DNA from: an uncultured Alphaproteobacteria bacterium
Lineage (GTDB): Bacteria; Pseudomonadota; Alphaproteobacteria; Rhizobiales; Methyloligellaceae
Direction: 5' to 3'
Assembly: GCA_963826465.1 (NCBI GenBank)
Contig: CAWGXJ010000020.1
Location: 142,806 to 206,805, forward strand
DNA: 64,000 bases
In this document: piece after piece, positions 1 through 9,582 of the stretch
Numbering within the stretch: position 1 is the stretch's first letter
Layout: every line of letters starts with the position of its first letter
The notes under the pieces: model-generated
Told to the model about the DNA's origin: nothing
The model's database searches: none
Seen by the model: the letters and a program-made list of their open reading frames with translations, nothing else
Program-made: the position numbers and the translations under genes

Positions 1-255
1 TACGCGCGCGTCGATTACAACGGCGGCAAGTCCGAGTTCGAGATCGAGCTCAAATATTTCGACGGCGAGCCGGTGATCAAGGACATCAAACGGGTGTCGA
101 CGCCGGGCCGGCGCGTGTATTCCTCGGTCAGGGATCTGCCGACGGTCGCCAACGGCCTCGGCGTGGCCATTTTGTCGACGCCCAAGGGCGTCATGTCCGA
201 TTCCCGCGCACGTAATGAGAATGTCGGCGGCGAGATTCTCTGTAACGTGTTCTAG
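1..255 (+). CDS. rpsH: 30S ribosomal protein S8, 5'-truncated by the window edge
   Basis: Frame open from base 1 ([19 protein letters not shown]...[10 protein letters not shown]...[12 protein letters not shown]...GGEILCNVF); lies upstream of L6. Confidence 0.97.
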   Translation, partial: YARVDYNGGKSEFEIELKYFDGEPVIKDIKRVSTPGRRVYSSVRDLPTVANGLGVAILSTPKGVMSDSRARNENVGGEILCNVF

Positions 256-284
256 CGGAGCTTATTGAAGCGAAGGTTTGATCA

Positions 285-818
285 ATGTCGCGCATCGGCA
301 AGAAACCAGTGGCAATTCCCGGCGGCGTCACCGCCGCGGTGAACGGCCAGGAGGTCTCGGTCAAGGGCCCGAAAGGCGAGCTCAAGCATGTGCTCGTCGA
401 TCAGATCATGGCCAAGACTGACAAGGACGGCATCGAGATCGCCATGCGCGAGGACACGAAGGAGGCGCGTGCCATGTGGGGCATGTCGCGGACCCTCGTC
501 GCCAACCTCGTCACCGGCGTGACCGAGGGCTTCACCAAGAAGCTCGAGATCACCGGCGTCGGCTATCGTGCGGCGCTGCAGGGCCAGGCCCTGCAGCTGC
601 AGCTCGGGTACAGCCACGACATCACCTATCCTCTGCCGGACGGCATTCAGGCGCAGTGCCCGAAGCCGACGGAGATCCTGATCAGCGGCATCGACAAGCA
701 GAAGGTGGGCCAGGTCGCGGCCGAGATCAGACGGTTCAGGCCGCCGGAGCCGTACAAGGGCAAGGGCGTGCGCTATGCGGGCGAATACATCCTCCGCAAG
801 GAAGGCAAGAAGAAGTAG
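285..818 (+). CDS. rplF: 50S ribosomal protein L6
   Basis: MSRIGKKP start; [13 protein letters not shown] motif. Confidence 0.99.
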   Translation: MSRIGKKPVAIPGGVTAAVNGQEVSVKGPKGELKHVLVDQIMAKTDKDGIEIAMREDTKEARAMWGMSRTLVANLVTGVTEGFTKKLEITGVGYRAALQGQALQLQLGYSHDITYPLPDGIQAQCPKPTEILISGIDKQKVGQVAAEIRRFRPPEPYKGKGVRYAGEYILRKEGKKK

Positions 819-830
819 CGGGATCAGACC

Positions 831-1187
831 ATGAGCGCATTGAACGATACATTTGTGCGGCGCTCGCGCCGGGTTCGCCACACGCTGAAGCGGGCGGCCA
901 ACGGACGTGCGCGTCTGTCGGTGTTCCGCTCCTCCAAGCACATCTACGCCCAGGTTATCGACGACCGCGACGGCAAGACCGTGGCGGCGGCCTCGACCCT
1001 GGACAAGGATCTCAAGCTGCCCAAGGGCACCGACATGGCGGCGGCGCAGGCCGTGGGCAAGCTCGTTGCCGAGCGGGCGGTCAAGGCCGGCGTCAAGGAC
1101 GTCGTGTTCGACCGCGGCGGCTATATTTATCACGGGCGCGTCAAGGCGCTCGCAGACGCGGCCCGCGAGGCCGGTCTGAATTTCTAA
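831..1187 (+). CDS. rplR: 50S ribosomal protein L18
   Basis: [18 protein letters not shown] and [18 protein letters not shown] motifs. Confidence 0.99.
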   Translation: MSALNDTFVRRSRRVRHTLKRAANGRARLSVFRSSKHIYAQVIDDRDGKTVAAASTLDKDLKLPKGTDMAAAQAVGKLVAERAVKAGVKDVVFDRGGYIYHGRVKALADAAREAGLNF

Positions 1188-1211
1188 GGTTTGAAGGAAA
1201 GGGTCTGACAC

Positions 1212-1790
1212 GTGGCACGAGGTCCCCAATCGCGCGGTCCGCAAGGCAGAGACCGTGAAGAACGCGACAGCGAGTTTGTCGACAAGCTCGTGCACATCAA
1301 TCGCGTGGCCAAGGTGGTGAAGGGCGGACGGCGCTTCGGCTTTGCCGCGCTGGTCGTCGTCGGCGACCAGAAGGGCCGGGTCGGCTTCGGCCACGGCAAG
1401 GCGCGCGAGGTGCCTGAGGCCATTCGCAAGGCGACGGAGGCGGCCAAGCGCAATCTGGTCAAGGTTCCGTTGCGCGAGGGCCGGACGCTGCATCACGACG
1501 TGCGCGGCCAGCATGGCGCGGGCAAGGTGGTCCTACGGGCGGCGCCTCCCGGTACCGGCATCATCGCCGGCGGTCCGATGCGCGCGGTGTTCGAGACGCT
1601 CGGCATCCAGGACGTGGTCGCCAAGTCGCTCGGCAGCTCCAACCCCTACAACATGGTGCGGGCCACGTTCGATGCGCTCCGCCATGAGGACAGCCCGCGC
1701 GGCGTTGCGGCGCGGCGCGGCAAGAAAGTCAGCGAGATCGTGTCCCGCCGCCGTGATCAGGCGGGCGAGGGCGCCGAGGCCCAGGCTTAA
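1212..1790 (+). CDS. rpsE: 30S ribosomal protein S5 (GTG start)
   Basis: [24 protein letters not shown] and GTGIIAGG motifs. Confidence 0.99.
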   Translation: MARGPQSRGPQGRDREERDSEFVDKLVHINRVAKVVKGGRRFGFAALVVVGDQKGRVGFGHGKAREVPEAIRKATEAAKRNLVKVPLREGRTLHHDVRGQHGAGKVVLRAAPPGTGIIAGGPMRAVFETLGIQDVVAKSLGSSNPYNMVRATFDALRHEDSPRGVAARRGKKVSEIVSRRRDQAGEGAEAQA

Positions 1791-1821
1791 GCCTGAGTCC
1801 TAAGAGCAAGGTTGAAGAGAG

Positions 1822-2019
1822 ATGGCCGACCAGAAGAAGACGATCGTCGTGGAGCAGATTGGCAGCCCAATCCGCCGCCCCGGCATTCAACGCGCGACCC
1901 TGATCGGGCTCGGCCTGAACAAGATGCACAAGCGGCGGACGCTCATCGATAGTCCCCAGGTGCGCGGCATGGTCGCCAAGGTCAGCCACTTGGTGCGCAT
2001 TGTCGAGGACAAGGCCTAA
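1822..2019 (+). CDS. rpmD: 50S ribosomal protein L30
   Basis: QIGSPIRR...LGLNKM...[12 protein letters not shown]; operon position. Confidence 0.98.
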   Translation: MADQKKTIVVEQIGSPIRRPGIQRATLIGLGLNKMHKRRTLIDSPQVRGMVAKVSHLVRIVEDKA

Positions 2020-2037
2020 GCCTAAGGAACGAGTATC

Positions 2038-2640
2038 ATGCGACTGAATGAGATCAGCGACCGGCCGGGCGCGACCAAGGCCAAGAAGCGGCTCGGCCGC
2101 GGCCTCGGCTCGGGCCTCGGCAAGACCTCTGGCCGCGGCCAGAAGGGTCAGAAGTCGCGAACGGGCGTGGCCGTGAAGGGCTTCGAGGGCGGTCAGATGC
2201 CGCTCCACCGGCGCCTGCCGAAGCGTGGCTTCAAGAACATCTTCGCCAACGACTTCAACGAGGTGAATATCGGCCGCGTGCAGAGCGCGATCGATGACGG
2301 CAAGCTCGACGCCAAGGCGCCGATCACGGTCCAGGCGCTGCTCGCTGCCGGTCTCATCCGGCGCGTGCGCGACGGGGTCCGGCTGCTCGGTCAGGGCGAG
2401 ATCAAGGCGAAGCTTGCCTTCGAGGTGACCGGCGCGTCGAGCGGGGCGGTCAAGGCCGTCGAGGCTGCCGGTGGCAGCGTGACGATGACGCCGCTGCCGC
2501 GTCGGGAGGCCAAGGCCGACGGCAAGGGTCAGCCCAAAAAAGACCGCATCGCCAAGGCAAAGTCGGCCAGGCCTAAGAAGGCCGCAGGGGCGCCGGCGAA
2601 GAAGGCCGCGGCGAAAAAGCCCCGCGCCAAGAAGGACTAA
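2038..2640 (+). CDS. rplO: 50S ribosomal protein L15 with Lys/Ala-rich C-terminal extension
   Basis: [22 protein letters not shown] and [18 protein letters not shown] motifs. Confidence 0.98.
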   Translation: MRLNEISDRPGATKAKKRLGRGLGSGLGKTSGRGQKGQKSRTGVAVKGFEGGQMPLHRRLPKRGFKNIFANDFNEVNIGRVQSAIDDGKLDAKAPITVQALLAAGLIRRVRDGVRLLGQGEIKAKLAFEVTGASSGAVKAVEAAGGSVTMTPLPRREAKADGKGQPKKDRIAKAKSARPKKAAGAPAKKAAAKKPRAKKD

Positions 2641-2708
2641 GTCCGCGTGAGGTCGAGGCGGCCCGTTCCTGAGGCCGTCTGATTGCACCGGAGAAGGGTA
2701 GAGCGCCG

Positions 2709-4043
2709 ATGGTTTCCGCCGCAGAACAGCTCGTTTCCAACTTGAACTTCGCGGCCTTTGGCAAGGCCGACGAGCTCAAGAAGCGCATCTGGTTCACGCT
2801 CGGCGCGCTCATCATCTACCGGCTCGGCACGTATATTCCGATTCCGGGCATTAATCCGCAGGCGCTGGCCGACGTGTTCCGTCACCAGCAGTCTGGCCTG
2901 CTCGGCATGTTCGACATGTTTTCCGGCGGCGCCGTCGGCCGGATGGCGATCTTTGCGCTGGGCATCATGCCGTACATCTCGGCGTCGATCATCATCCAGC
3001 TCCTCACCACTGTGTCGCCGACGCTCGAGAACCTCAAGAAGGAAGGCGAGCAGGGGCGGCGCACGATCAACCAGTACACGCGCTACGGCACGGTGCTCCT
3101 CGCTGCGCTCCAGGGCTACGGCATCGCCGTCGGGCTTGAGGGCGCCGGCAACGTCGTGACCGATCCCGGCATGTTCTTCCGCCTCACCACCGTCTTCACG
3201 CTGGTGGGCGGCACCGTGTTCCTGATGTGGCTCGGCGAGCAGATCACGGCGCGGGGCGTCGGCAACGGCATCTCGCTGATCATCTTCACCGGCATCATCG
3301 CGCGGCTGCCCCATGCCTTGATCGGCACGTTGGAACTCGGCCGCGAGGGCGCTCTGTCCGGGGTGCTCATCGCTGCGCTCCTCGTCGGCGCGATCGTCGT
3401 CATCGCCGTCATTGTCTACATGGAACGGGCCCAACGGCGGCTCCTGGTGCAATATCCGAAGCGGCAAGTCGGCAACCGCATGATGCAGGGCGATGCCTCC
3501 CATCTGCCGCTCAAGCTCAACAGCGCCGGTGTGATCCCGCCGATCTTCGCCTCCTCGCTCCTGCTTCTGCCGATCACGGCGGCGAACTTCTCGGCCGGCC
3601 AGGGTCCCGACTGGTTGAACTCGATCACCGCCATGCTGGGCCGCGGTCAGCCGCTGCACATCGTGATCTACATTTCGCTGATTATCTTCTTCGCCTTCTT
3701 CTACACGGCGGTGGTGTTCAACCCGAAGGACACGGCCGACAATCTGAAGAAGTATGGCGGCTTCCTGCCAGGCATCCGGCCCGGCGAGCGCACGGCCGAA
3801 TATATCGACTACGTGCTGACGCGGATCACCGTGCTCGGCGCCATCTACCTCGCCGCGGTATGCGTGCTGCCGGAGATCCTCATCTCCTACGCCGGCGTGC
3901 CGTTCTATTTCGGCGGCACCTCGCTCCTCATCGTGGTGAGCGTCACCATGGACACCGTGGCGCAGATTCAGAGCCATCTGCTCGCCCACCAATATGAGGG
4001 GCTGATCAAGCGGTCCAAGCTCAGAGGAGCGCGGCGGCGATGA
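2709..4043 (+). CDS. secY: Preprotein translocase subunit SecY
   Basis: FALGIMPYISASII, GVGNGISLIIF, FLPGIRPG and FGGTSLLIVV motifs. Confidence 0.99.
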   Translation: MVSAAEQLVSNLNFAAFGKADELKKRIWFTLGALIIYRLGTYIPIPGINPQALADVFRHQQSGLLGMFDMFSGGAVGRMAIFALGIMPYISASIIIQLLTTVSPTLENLKKEGEQGRRTINQYTRYGTVLLAALQGYGIAVGLEGAGNVVTDPGMFFRLTTVFTLVGGTVFLMWLGEQITARGVGNGISLIIFTGIIARLPHALIGTLELGREGALSGVLIAALLVGAIVVIAVIVYMERAQRRLLVQYPKRQVGNRMMQGDASHLPLKLNSAGVIPPIFASSLLLLPITAANFSAGQGPDWLNSITAMLGRGQPLHIVIYISLIIFFAFFYTAVVFNPKDTADNLKKYGGFLPGIRPGERTAEYIDYVLTRITVLGAIYLAAVCVLPEILISYAGVPFYFGGTSLLIVVSVTMDTVAQIQSHLLAHQYEGLIKRSKLRGARRR

Positions 4044-4690
4044 ACCTGGTCCTGCTCGGCCCTCCGGGCGCCGGTAAGGGGACCCAGGCGAAGCGGCTGC
4101 AAGATCAGCGCGCGCTGGTCCAGCTTTCCACCGGAGACATGCTGCGGGCCGCCGTTGCCGCCGGCACCGAGCTCGGTCGCAAGGCGGGCAAGATCATGGA
4201 GCGCGGGGAACTCGTGCCCGACGAGATCGTCATCGGCCTGATCGCCGAGCGCATTGACGCGGACAAGGGCGGCAAGGGCTTCATCCTCGACGGGTTTCCG
4301 CGCACGATCGGCCAGGCCGAAGCGCTGGACCGCTTGCTCGAGGCGCGCGGCAAGAAGGTCGACCGGGTGGTGGTCCTCGATGTGGACGACGACAAGCTCG
4401 TCCAGCGCATCACCGGGCGGTTCACCTGCGCCACGTGCGGCGAGGGCTATCACGACCTCTATAAGCGGCCGAAGGTCGAGGGCGTCTGCGATAGCTGCGG
4501 CGGCACGGACTTCACCCGCCGGAAAGACGACACCGAGGAGGTGGTCCGGGCCCGGCTCGAGGCCTATCACGCCCAGACAAAGCCCCTGATCGGCTATTAC
4601 AAGGCCCAGGGGAAGGTCAGATCGGTCGACGGTATGGCCGATATTGAAACAGTGCAGAAGGAGATCGACCAGGCGCTGGACGCGGCTTGA
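4040..4690 (+). CDS. adk: Adenylate kinase with a four-Cys (Zn-type) lid
   Basis: GPPGAGKGTQA P-loop, STGDMLR, LDGFPRT; lid CATC...CDSC. Confidence 0.99.
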   Translation: MNLVLLGPPGAGKGTQAKRLQDQRALVQLSTGDMLRAAVAAGTELGRKAGKIMERGELVPDEIVIGLIAERIDADKGGKGFILDGFPRTIGQAEALDRLLEARGKKVDRVVVLDVDDDKLVQRITGRFTCATCGEGYHDLYKRPKVEGVCDSCGGTDFTRRKDDTEEVVRARLEAYHAQTKPLIGYYKAQGKVRSVDGMADIETVQKEIDQALDAA

Positions 4691-4724
4691 CGCTTAACTC
4701 GGTGGCCGGGGCGATTACGGCCAG

Positions 4725-4753
4725 TTGACCTTGTCAAGCGGAATCGCTACATA
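4725..4753 (+). promoter_or_regulatory. Putative sigma70 promoter of the alpha operon
   Basis: TTGACC-17 nt-TACATA upstream of rpsM. Confidence 0.6.
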
Positions 4754-4887
4754 ACGGCGTCACATTGCTTGATGGACTGACCGGTCCCGGGGGTAGAGCC
4801 TGTCCGCGGTCGGTCTTATTGTGTTCCAACTGAGTAATCCGGCTTTAATTTCAGCACGTTAGCACGTGCGCGCGAGGAGACGACTAC

Positions 4888-5256
4888 GTGGCCCGAATTG
4901 CAGGCGTTAATATCCCGACCAATAAGCGGGTCGAGGTCGCGCTGACCTATATCCATGGCATTGGCGATTCTTTTGCCAAACAGATCTGCGCCAAGGTCTC
5001 GATTCCGCCGGAGCGGCGGGTCAGCCAGCTGACCGAATCGGAGGTCATCCAGATCCGTGAGGTGATCGACCACGATTATGTGGTCGAGGGCGACCTCAGG
5101 CGCGAAGTGTCCATGAATATCAAGCGCTTGATGGATCTCGGCTGCTATCGCGGTTTACGTCATCGCCGCGGGCTTCCGGTGCATGGTCAGCGCACGCACA
5201 CCAACGCGCGCACGCGCAAGGGCCCGGCGAAGCCTATCGCCGGCAAGAAGAAGTAG
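4888..5256 (+). CDS. rpsM: 30S ribosomal protein S13 (GTG start)
   Basis: ARIAGVNIP; [23 protein letters not shown]. Confidence 0.99.
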   Translation: MARIAGVNIPTNKRVEVALTYIHGIGDSFAKQICAKVSIPPERRVSQLTESEVIQIREVIDHDYVVEGDLRREVSMNIKRLMDLGCYRGLRHRRGLPVHGQRTHTNARTRKGPAKPIAGKKK

Positions 5257-5329
5257 CAGGCTCGTACGCGCGGCCAAGCTCCTCTTTAGAGGCTTTCGCT
5301 GGCGCCAACTCTGATAGCGGGAATAGGGC

Positions 5330-5719
5330 ATGGCCAAGGACAAGACGCGGGTTCGTCGCCGCGAAAAGAAGAACATCACTTCGGGCGTCGCCCATGTGCA
5401 TGCGAGCTTCAACAACACGATGATCACCATCACCGACGCGCAGGGGAACGCGATCTCCTGGTCGTCGGCGGGCGCCATGGGCTTCAAGGGCTCGCGCAAG
5501 TCGACGCCTTACGCGGCGCAGGTCGCCGCCGAGGACGCCGGCAAGAAGGCGATGGAGCACGGCATGAAGAACCTCGAGATCGAGGTACGGGGGCCTGGAT
5601 CGGGCCGGGAGTCTGCGCTGCGGGCGCTGCAGGCCTCGGGCTTCAACATCATCTCGATCCGAGATGTGACGCCGATCCCGCATAACGGTTGCCGGCCGCG
5701 CAAGCGTCGCCGGGTCTAA
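5330..5719 (+). CDS. rpsK: 30S ribosomal protein S11
   Basis: [13 protein letters not shown]; [12 protein letters not shown]. Confidence 0.99.
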   Translation: MAKDKTRVRRREKKNITSGVAHVHASFNNTMITITDAQGNAISWSSAGAMGFKGSRKSTPYAAQVAAEDAGKKAMEHGMKNLEIEVRGPGSGRESALRALQASGFNIISIRDVTPIPHNGCRPRKRRRV

Positions 5720-5810
5720 CGAAAGGCAAGGCTGCTCGAATATGTTGCACGAGGACATTCGGAAGCTGGGGCCGGCGGCCCCGCTCAACGATCAAGAAAG
5801 GGCTCACCCG

Positions 5811-6827
5811 GTGCTGCAAAAGAACTGGCAAGATCTCATTAAGCCCACCAAGCTCAACGTCCTTCCCGGCCGCGATCCGGCTCGCTTTGCGACGGTCGTC
5901 GCCGAGCCGCTCGAGCGCGGCTTCGGCTTGACCCTCGGCAACGCGCTTCGCCGCGTCTTGCTGTCGTCGCTGCAGGGCGCTGCCATCACCTCGGTGCATA
6001 TCGACGGCGTGCTGCACGAGTTCTCGTCGATCCCCGGTGTGCGCGAGGACGTGACCAACATCGTCCTCAACATCAAGGAGATCGCGCTGAGCCAGCATTC
6101 CGAAGGCATCAAGCGCATGGTGCTGCAGAAGGAGGGGCCCGGCGTGGCCACCGCCGGCGACATCCAGGGCGGTGCCGACATCGAGATCCTCAATCCCGAG
6201 CATGTAATCTGCACGCTCGACCAGGGTGCTGCGATCCACATGGAGTTCACCTCGTCCTCGGGCAAGGGCTATGTGCCGGCGGAGCGCAACCGTCCCGACG
6301 ACGCGCCGATCGGCTTCATCCCGGTCAACTCGCTGTTCAGCCCGGTGCGCAAGGTGTCCTATCGGGTGGAGAACACCCGCGAGGGCCAGATCCTCGACTA
6401 CGACAAGCTCACCATGGACATCGAGACCGACGGCTCCGTGCGGCCGGAGGATACGATCGCGCTCGCGGCGCGCATCGTCCAGGATCAGCTGTCGGTGTTC
6501 GTCAACTTCGAGGAGCCGAAGAAGGAGACGACCTACGAGCGGCAGCCCGAGCTCGTGTTCAACGCGGCGCTGCTCAAGAAGGTCGATGAGCTCGAGTTGT
6601 CGGTGCGCTCGGCCAACTGCCTGAAGAACGACAACATCGTGTATATCGGCGACCTCATTCAAAAGACCGAAGCCGAGATGCTGCGGACCCCGAACTTCGG
6701 CCGCAAATCCTTGAACGAGATCAAGGAAGTGCTCGCCTCCATGGGTCTGCATCTCGGTATGGAAGTGCCGGATTGGCCGCCGGAGAACATCGAAGAGCTG
6801 GCCAAGCGCTTCGAGGATCACTACTAA
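5811..6827 (+). CDS. rpoA: RNA polymerase subunit alpha (likely GTG start 5811; ORF open from 5742)
   Basis: [25 protein letters not shown]; [13 protein letters not shown]; [12 protein letters not shown]. Confidence 0.99.
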   Translation: MLQKNWQDLIKPTKLNVLPGRDPARFATVVAEPLERGFGLTLGNALRRVLLSSLQGAAITSVHIDGVLHEFSSIPGVREDVTNIVLNIKEIALSQHSEGIKRMVLQKEGPGVATAGDIQGGADIEILNPEHVICTLDQGAAIHMEFTSSSGKGYVPAERNRPDDAPIGFIPVNSLFSPVRKVSYRVENTREGQILDYDKLTMDIETDGSVRPEDTIALAARIVQDQLSVFVNFEEPKKETTYERQPELVFNAALLKKVDELELSVRSANCLKNDNIVYIGDLIQKTEAEMLRTPNFGRKSLNEIKEVLASMGLHLGMEVPDWPPENIEELAKRFEDHY

Positions 6828-6874
6828 GCAGTCCGGCCCTCTCACGGGCCTCATGAGCTCCGAGGGAGGAGTAG

Positions 6875-7300
6875 ATGCGTCATCGTAAAGCCGGGCGGAA
6901 GCTGAACCGCACCGCAACCCATCGCCAGGCGCTGTTCGCAGCGCTTGCCAACGCGCTCATCAAGCACGAGCAGATCGCGACGACGCTGCCCAAGGCGAAG
7001 GAGCTCCGCCGCGTCACCGACCGGCTGATCACGCTCGCCAAGCGCGGCGATCTGCATGCCCGCAGGCTCGCGTTCGCCCGGATCCGGGACGATGCCATGG
7101 TGGCGAAGCTGTTCGAGACGCTTGGGCCCCGCTATGCGGACCGCCCCGGCGGCTATACGCGCGTCATGAAGGCGGGCTTCCGCTATGGCGATTCCGCGCC
7201 GATGGCCGTGATCGAGCTGGTGGACCGCGACGAGGACGCCAAGGGGCTCGATTCAGGCCCGGTCCAGGAGCGGGGCGAGGCCGAGCAGGCCGCCGCTTAG
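6875..7300 (+). CDS. rplQ: 50S ribosomal protein L17
   Basis: [12 protein letters not shown]; [10 protein letters not shown]; RPGGYTRV. Confidence 0.99.
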   Translation: MRHRKAGRKLNRTATHRQALFAALANALIKHEQIATTLPKAKELRRVTDRLITLAKRGDLHARRLAFARIRDDAMVAKLFETLGPRYADRPGGYTRVMKAGFRYGDSAPMAVIELVDRDEDAKGLDSGPVQERGEAEQAAA

Positions 7301-7338
7301 GGCAGCGCACATCGTTCCAGCCAGGTCAGAGAGTTGAG

Positions 7339-7367
7339 GGCGCGCCGCAGGAAGCGGCGCGCCTTTT
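7339..7367 (+). terminator. Intrinsic terminator after rplQ
   Basis: GGCGCGCCGC-AGGAA-GCGGCGCGCC perfect 10-bp stem followed by TTTT. Confidence 0.85.
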
Positions 7368-7372
7368 CGATT

Positions 7373-7933
7373 CTAATCCTTGTCGCCATCTTCCGACCGG
7401 TCTCTGCCCTTCGAGACCTTGTTGCCGGCGGCGGCTTCGCGCTCGTCATAGGCCTTGAGGGCGGCCTTCTTGATGCCGTTTACGCCGGCACTGAAAATGC
7501 CGGAGATGACCTTCTCGGCGTCGGCATCTTCCACGCCGTTGGCGTCGAACTTAGCTTCCCATACGATCTCGACGCGATCAGGCTCGTCATCTTTGTCGAC
7601 GTAAATGGTCGCTTCGTAATTCTTGACTGGGAGTGGGCTCTCGACGATTTCGTAGCTGTAGCTGGTGTCGCCGGTCTTGGTCAGCTTCTCCTTGATCTTG
7701 CCGCCGTCCTTGAGGGTGAGGAGCCGATAGGTGTCACCACCTTCTTCGATCTTCTCGCACTGGGCCACGGCGGGATGCCAGTCCTTGATGGCGCAGAAAT
7801 CGCCGACCACAGCCCAGACATCGGCGGGCTTGCCGGGCGCCTCTCTCCTTTTATTGACCTCGAGAGCTTGGGCCGCGGCGCTCCAGGCGAAGATCGCGGC
7901 CACAGCAATCAGGGTCAGTTTGAAAATACGCAT
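7373..7933 (-). CDS. Secreted SRPBCC-family protein, MxaD-like
   Basis: Signal peptide ending AQA; VWAVVGDFCAIKDWHPAV, RLLTLKDGGKIKEKL and YSYEIVESPLPVKNY patterns typical of MxaD/polyketide cyclase 2 proteins. Confidence 0.8.
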   Translation of the reverse strand: MRIFKLTLIAVAAIFAWSAAAQALEVNKRREAPGKPADVWAVVGDFCAIKDWHPAVAQCEKIEEGGDTYRLLTLKDGGKIKEKLTKTGDTSYSYEIVESPLPVKNYEATIYVDKDDEPDRVEIVWEAKFDANGVEDADAEKVISGIFSAGVNGIKKAALKAYDEREAAAGNKVSKGRDRSEDGDKD

Positions 7934-8136
7934 GCGTTTCTCTCCACTTTTTTCAGCGTTATGGATGGGCAAAGATGCCGTCGGCCCGGCATCTTAGTTG
8001 AAAGCGCTTTCGCGGCAACCCAACTGCCTTCGGAATCTGCCGCAAGAAGGCCAGTTTTCTTTGGGAGACCGGCTCGCACACTTGCTATACCGAAACTCCT
8101 TTCCGGCCTTCTTGCCGATCCCTAACAGGGCGAGCG

Positions 8137-9579
8137 ATGACACTTTTGGCAAATCTGACTAGGAAGAATGGCATCGTCTGGCTGCTCGGCCTCGCCGTGC
8201 TGCTGGCCGTGCCCGGGGCCGAGACCGTTGCCCAGGAACGGGCCGTCCCGAAGAGCTCCGCGGCGATCAAGCAATCCTTCGCGCCCGTGGTGAAGAAGGC
8301 GACGCCGGCCGTGGTGAACGTCTACGTCCAGCACAAGGTCAGGCAGCAGGTCTCGCCCTTCTTCAACGATCCGTTCTTCCGCCAGTTCTTCGGCGATGGC
8401 TACGGCGTGCCGCGGGACCGCATCCAGAACTCTCTTGGCTCCGGCGTGCTGGTCAGTTCGGACGGGGTGGTGGTCACCAACTACCACGTGATCCGGGGCA
8501 GCGGCGACTCGCAGATCACCGTCGCGCTGAACGATGGGCGTGAGTTCCCGGCCAAGCTCATCCTCAAGGACGAGCAGACCGACCTTGCGGTACTCAGGTT
8601 CGACGGCAACGGCGCGACGTTCCCCTCGATCCAGTTCGCCGACTCCGACGGGCTCGAAGTGGGCGACCTCGTGCTTGCCATCGGCGATCCGTTCGGCGTC
8701 GGGCAGACGGTGACGAGCGGCATCGTCTCGGCGCTCGCCCGCACCAAGGTCGGCATCTCCGACTATCAGTTCTTCATTCAGACCGACGCGGCCATCAATC
8801 CGGGCAATTCCGGTGGCGCGCTCGTCGATATGGACGGCCGGCTGGTCGGCATCAACACGGCGATCTTCTCGCAGAGCGGCGGCTCGCACGGCATCGGATT
8901 TGCGATTCCTTCCAACATGGTGCGGCTCGTCGTTCAGTCGGCGCTCAAAGGCGGCAAGATTCAGCGCCCGTGGTTCGGCGCTTCGTTACAGTCGCTCACC
9001 CCTGATATCGCCGAGTCCCTCGGCCTCGACCGGCCAAAAGGTGCGCTCGTCACCAGCTTGCACACGAAAGGTCCCGCGGAGGAGGCCGGCCTGAAAGTGG
9101 GCGATGTGGTCGTCAGTGTCGACGATCAGGCCGTGCAGGACCCCGAGGCGTTTCAGTACCGCTTCGTCACCAAGGGCGTCGGCGGCACCGCAGACCTCGG
9201 CGTGTTCCGCAAAGGCAAGATGCTCCAGGCCAAGGTGGCGCTGATCGCGCCGGTCGAGGACCCGCCGCGGGATACGCGCGATCTCGATGGCCCGAACCCG
9301 CTGTCCGGAAGCACGGTCGAGAACCTTTCGCCCGCCGTGGCGCAGGAACTCGGCATGGAAGACGAGGACAGCCAGCGGGGCGTCGTGGTCACGAAGGTCG
9401 ATCAGAGCTCGAATGCCGGGCGGCTCGGGATTCGCCGCGGGGACCTTATCGTTGGCCTCAACAATGAGAAGATCAAGTCGGTCAAGCAGCTTGCTGCCTT
9501 GCTGGAGACGAGCGGCGGCGGGTGGCGGCTCGCGATCGAACGCGGCGGGAAAGTCTTCGATCTCGCGATCCAGGGCTGA
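8137..9579 (+). CDS. DegP/DegQ (Do) family periplasmic serine endoprotease with two PDZ domains
   Basis: SLGSGV, TNYHV, DLAVL, QTDAAINPGNSGG. Confidence 0.96.
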   Translation: MTLLANLTRKNGIVWLLGLAVLLAVPGAETVAQERAVPKSSAAIKQSFAPVVKKATPAVVNVYVQHKVRQQVSPFFNDPFFRQFFGDGYGVPRDRIQNSLGSGVLVSSDGVVVTNYHVIRGSGDSQITVALNDGREFPAKLILKDEQTDLAVLRFDGNGATFPSIQFADSDGLEVGDLVLAIGDPFGVGQTVTSGIVSALARTKVGISDYQFFIQTDAAINPGNSGGALVDMDGRLVGINTAIFSQSGGSHGIGFAIPSNMVRLVVQSALKGGKIQRPWFGASLQSLTPDIAESLGLDRPKGALVTSLHTKGPAEEAGLKVGDVVVSVDDQAVQDPEAFQYRFVTKGVGGTADLGVFRKGKMLQAKVALIAPVEDPPRDTRDLDGPNPLSGSTVENLSPAVAQELGMEDEDSQRGVVVTKVDQSSNAGRLGIRRGDLIVGLNNEKIKSVKQLAALLETSGGGWRLAIERGGKVFDLAIQG

Positions 9580-9582
9580 TCC

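Noticed and set aside
4420-4500. Zn-type four-Cys lid in adenylate kinase
   Set aside because: Real, but a known variant also found in other Gram-negative bacteria; not novel.
282-6917. Long antisense ORFs over ribosomal genes, secY and rpoA (e.g. 282-1514, 2637-3992, 5649-6917); also 40548-43058 and 26909-28372
   Set aside because: Shadow ORFs from high-GC codon bias opposite well-conserved genes; no recognisable motifs.
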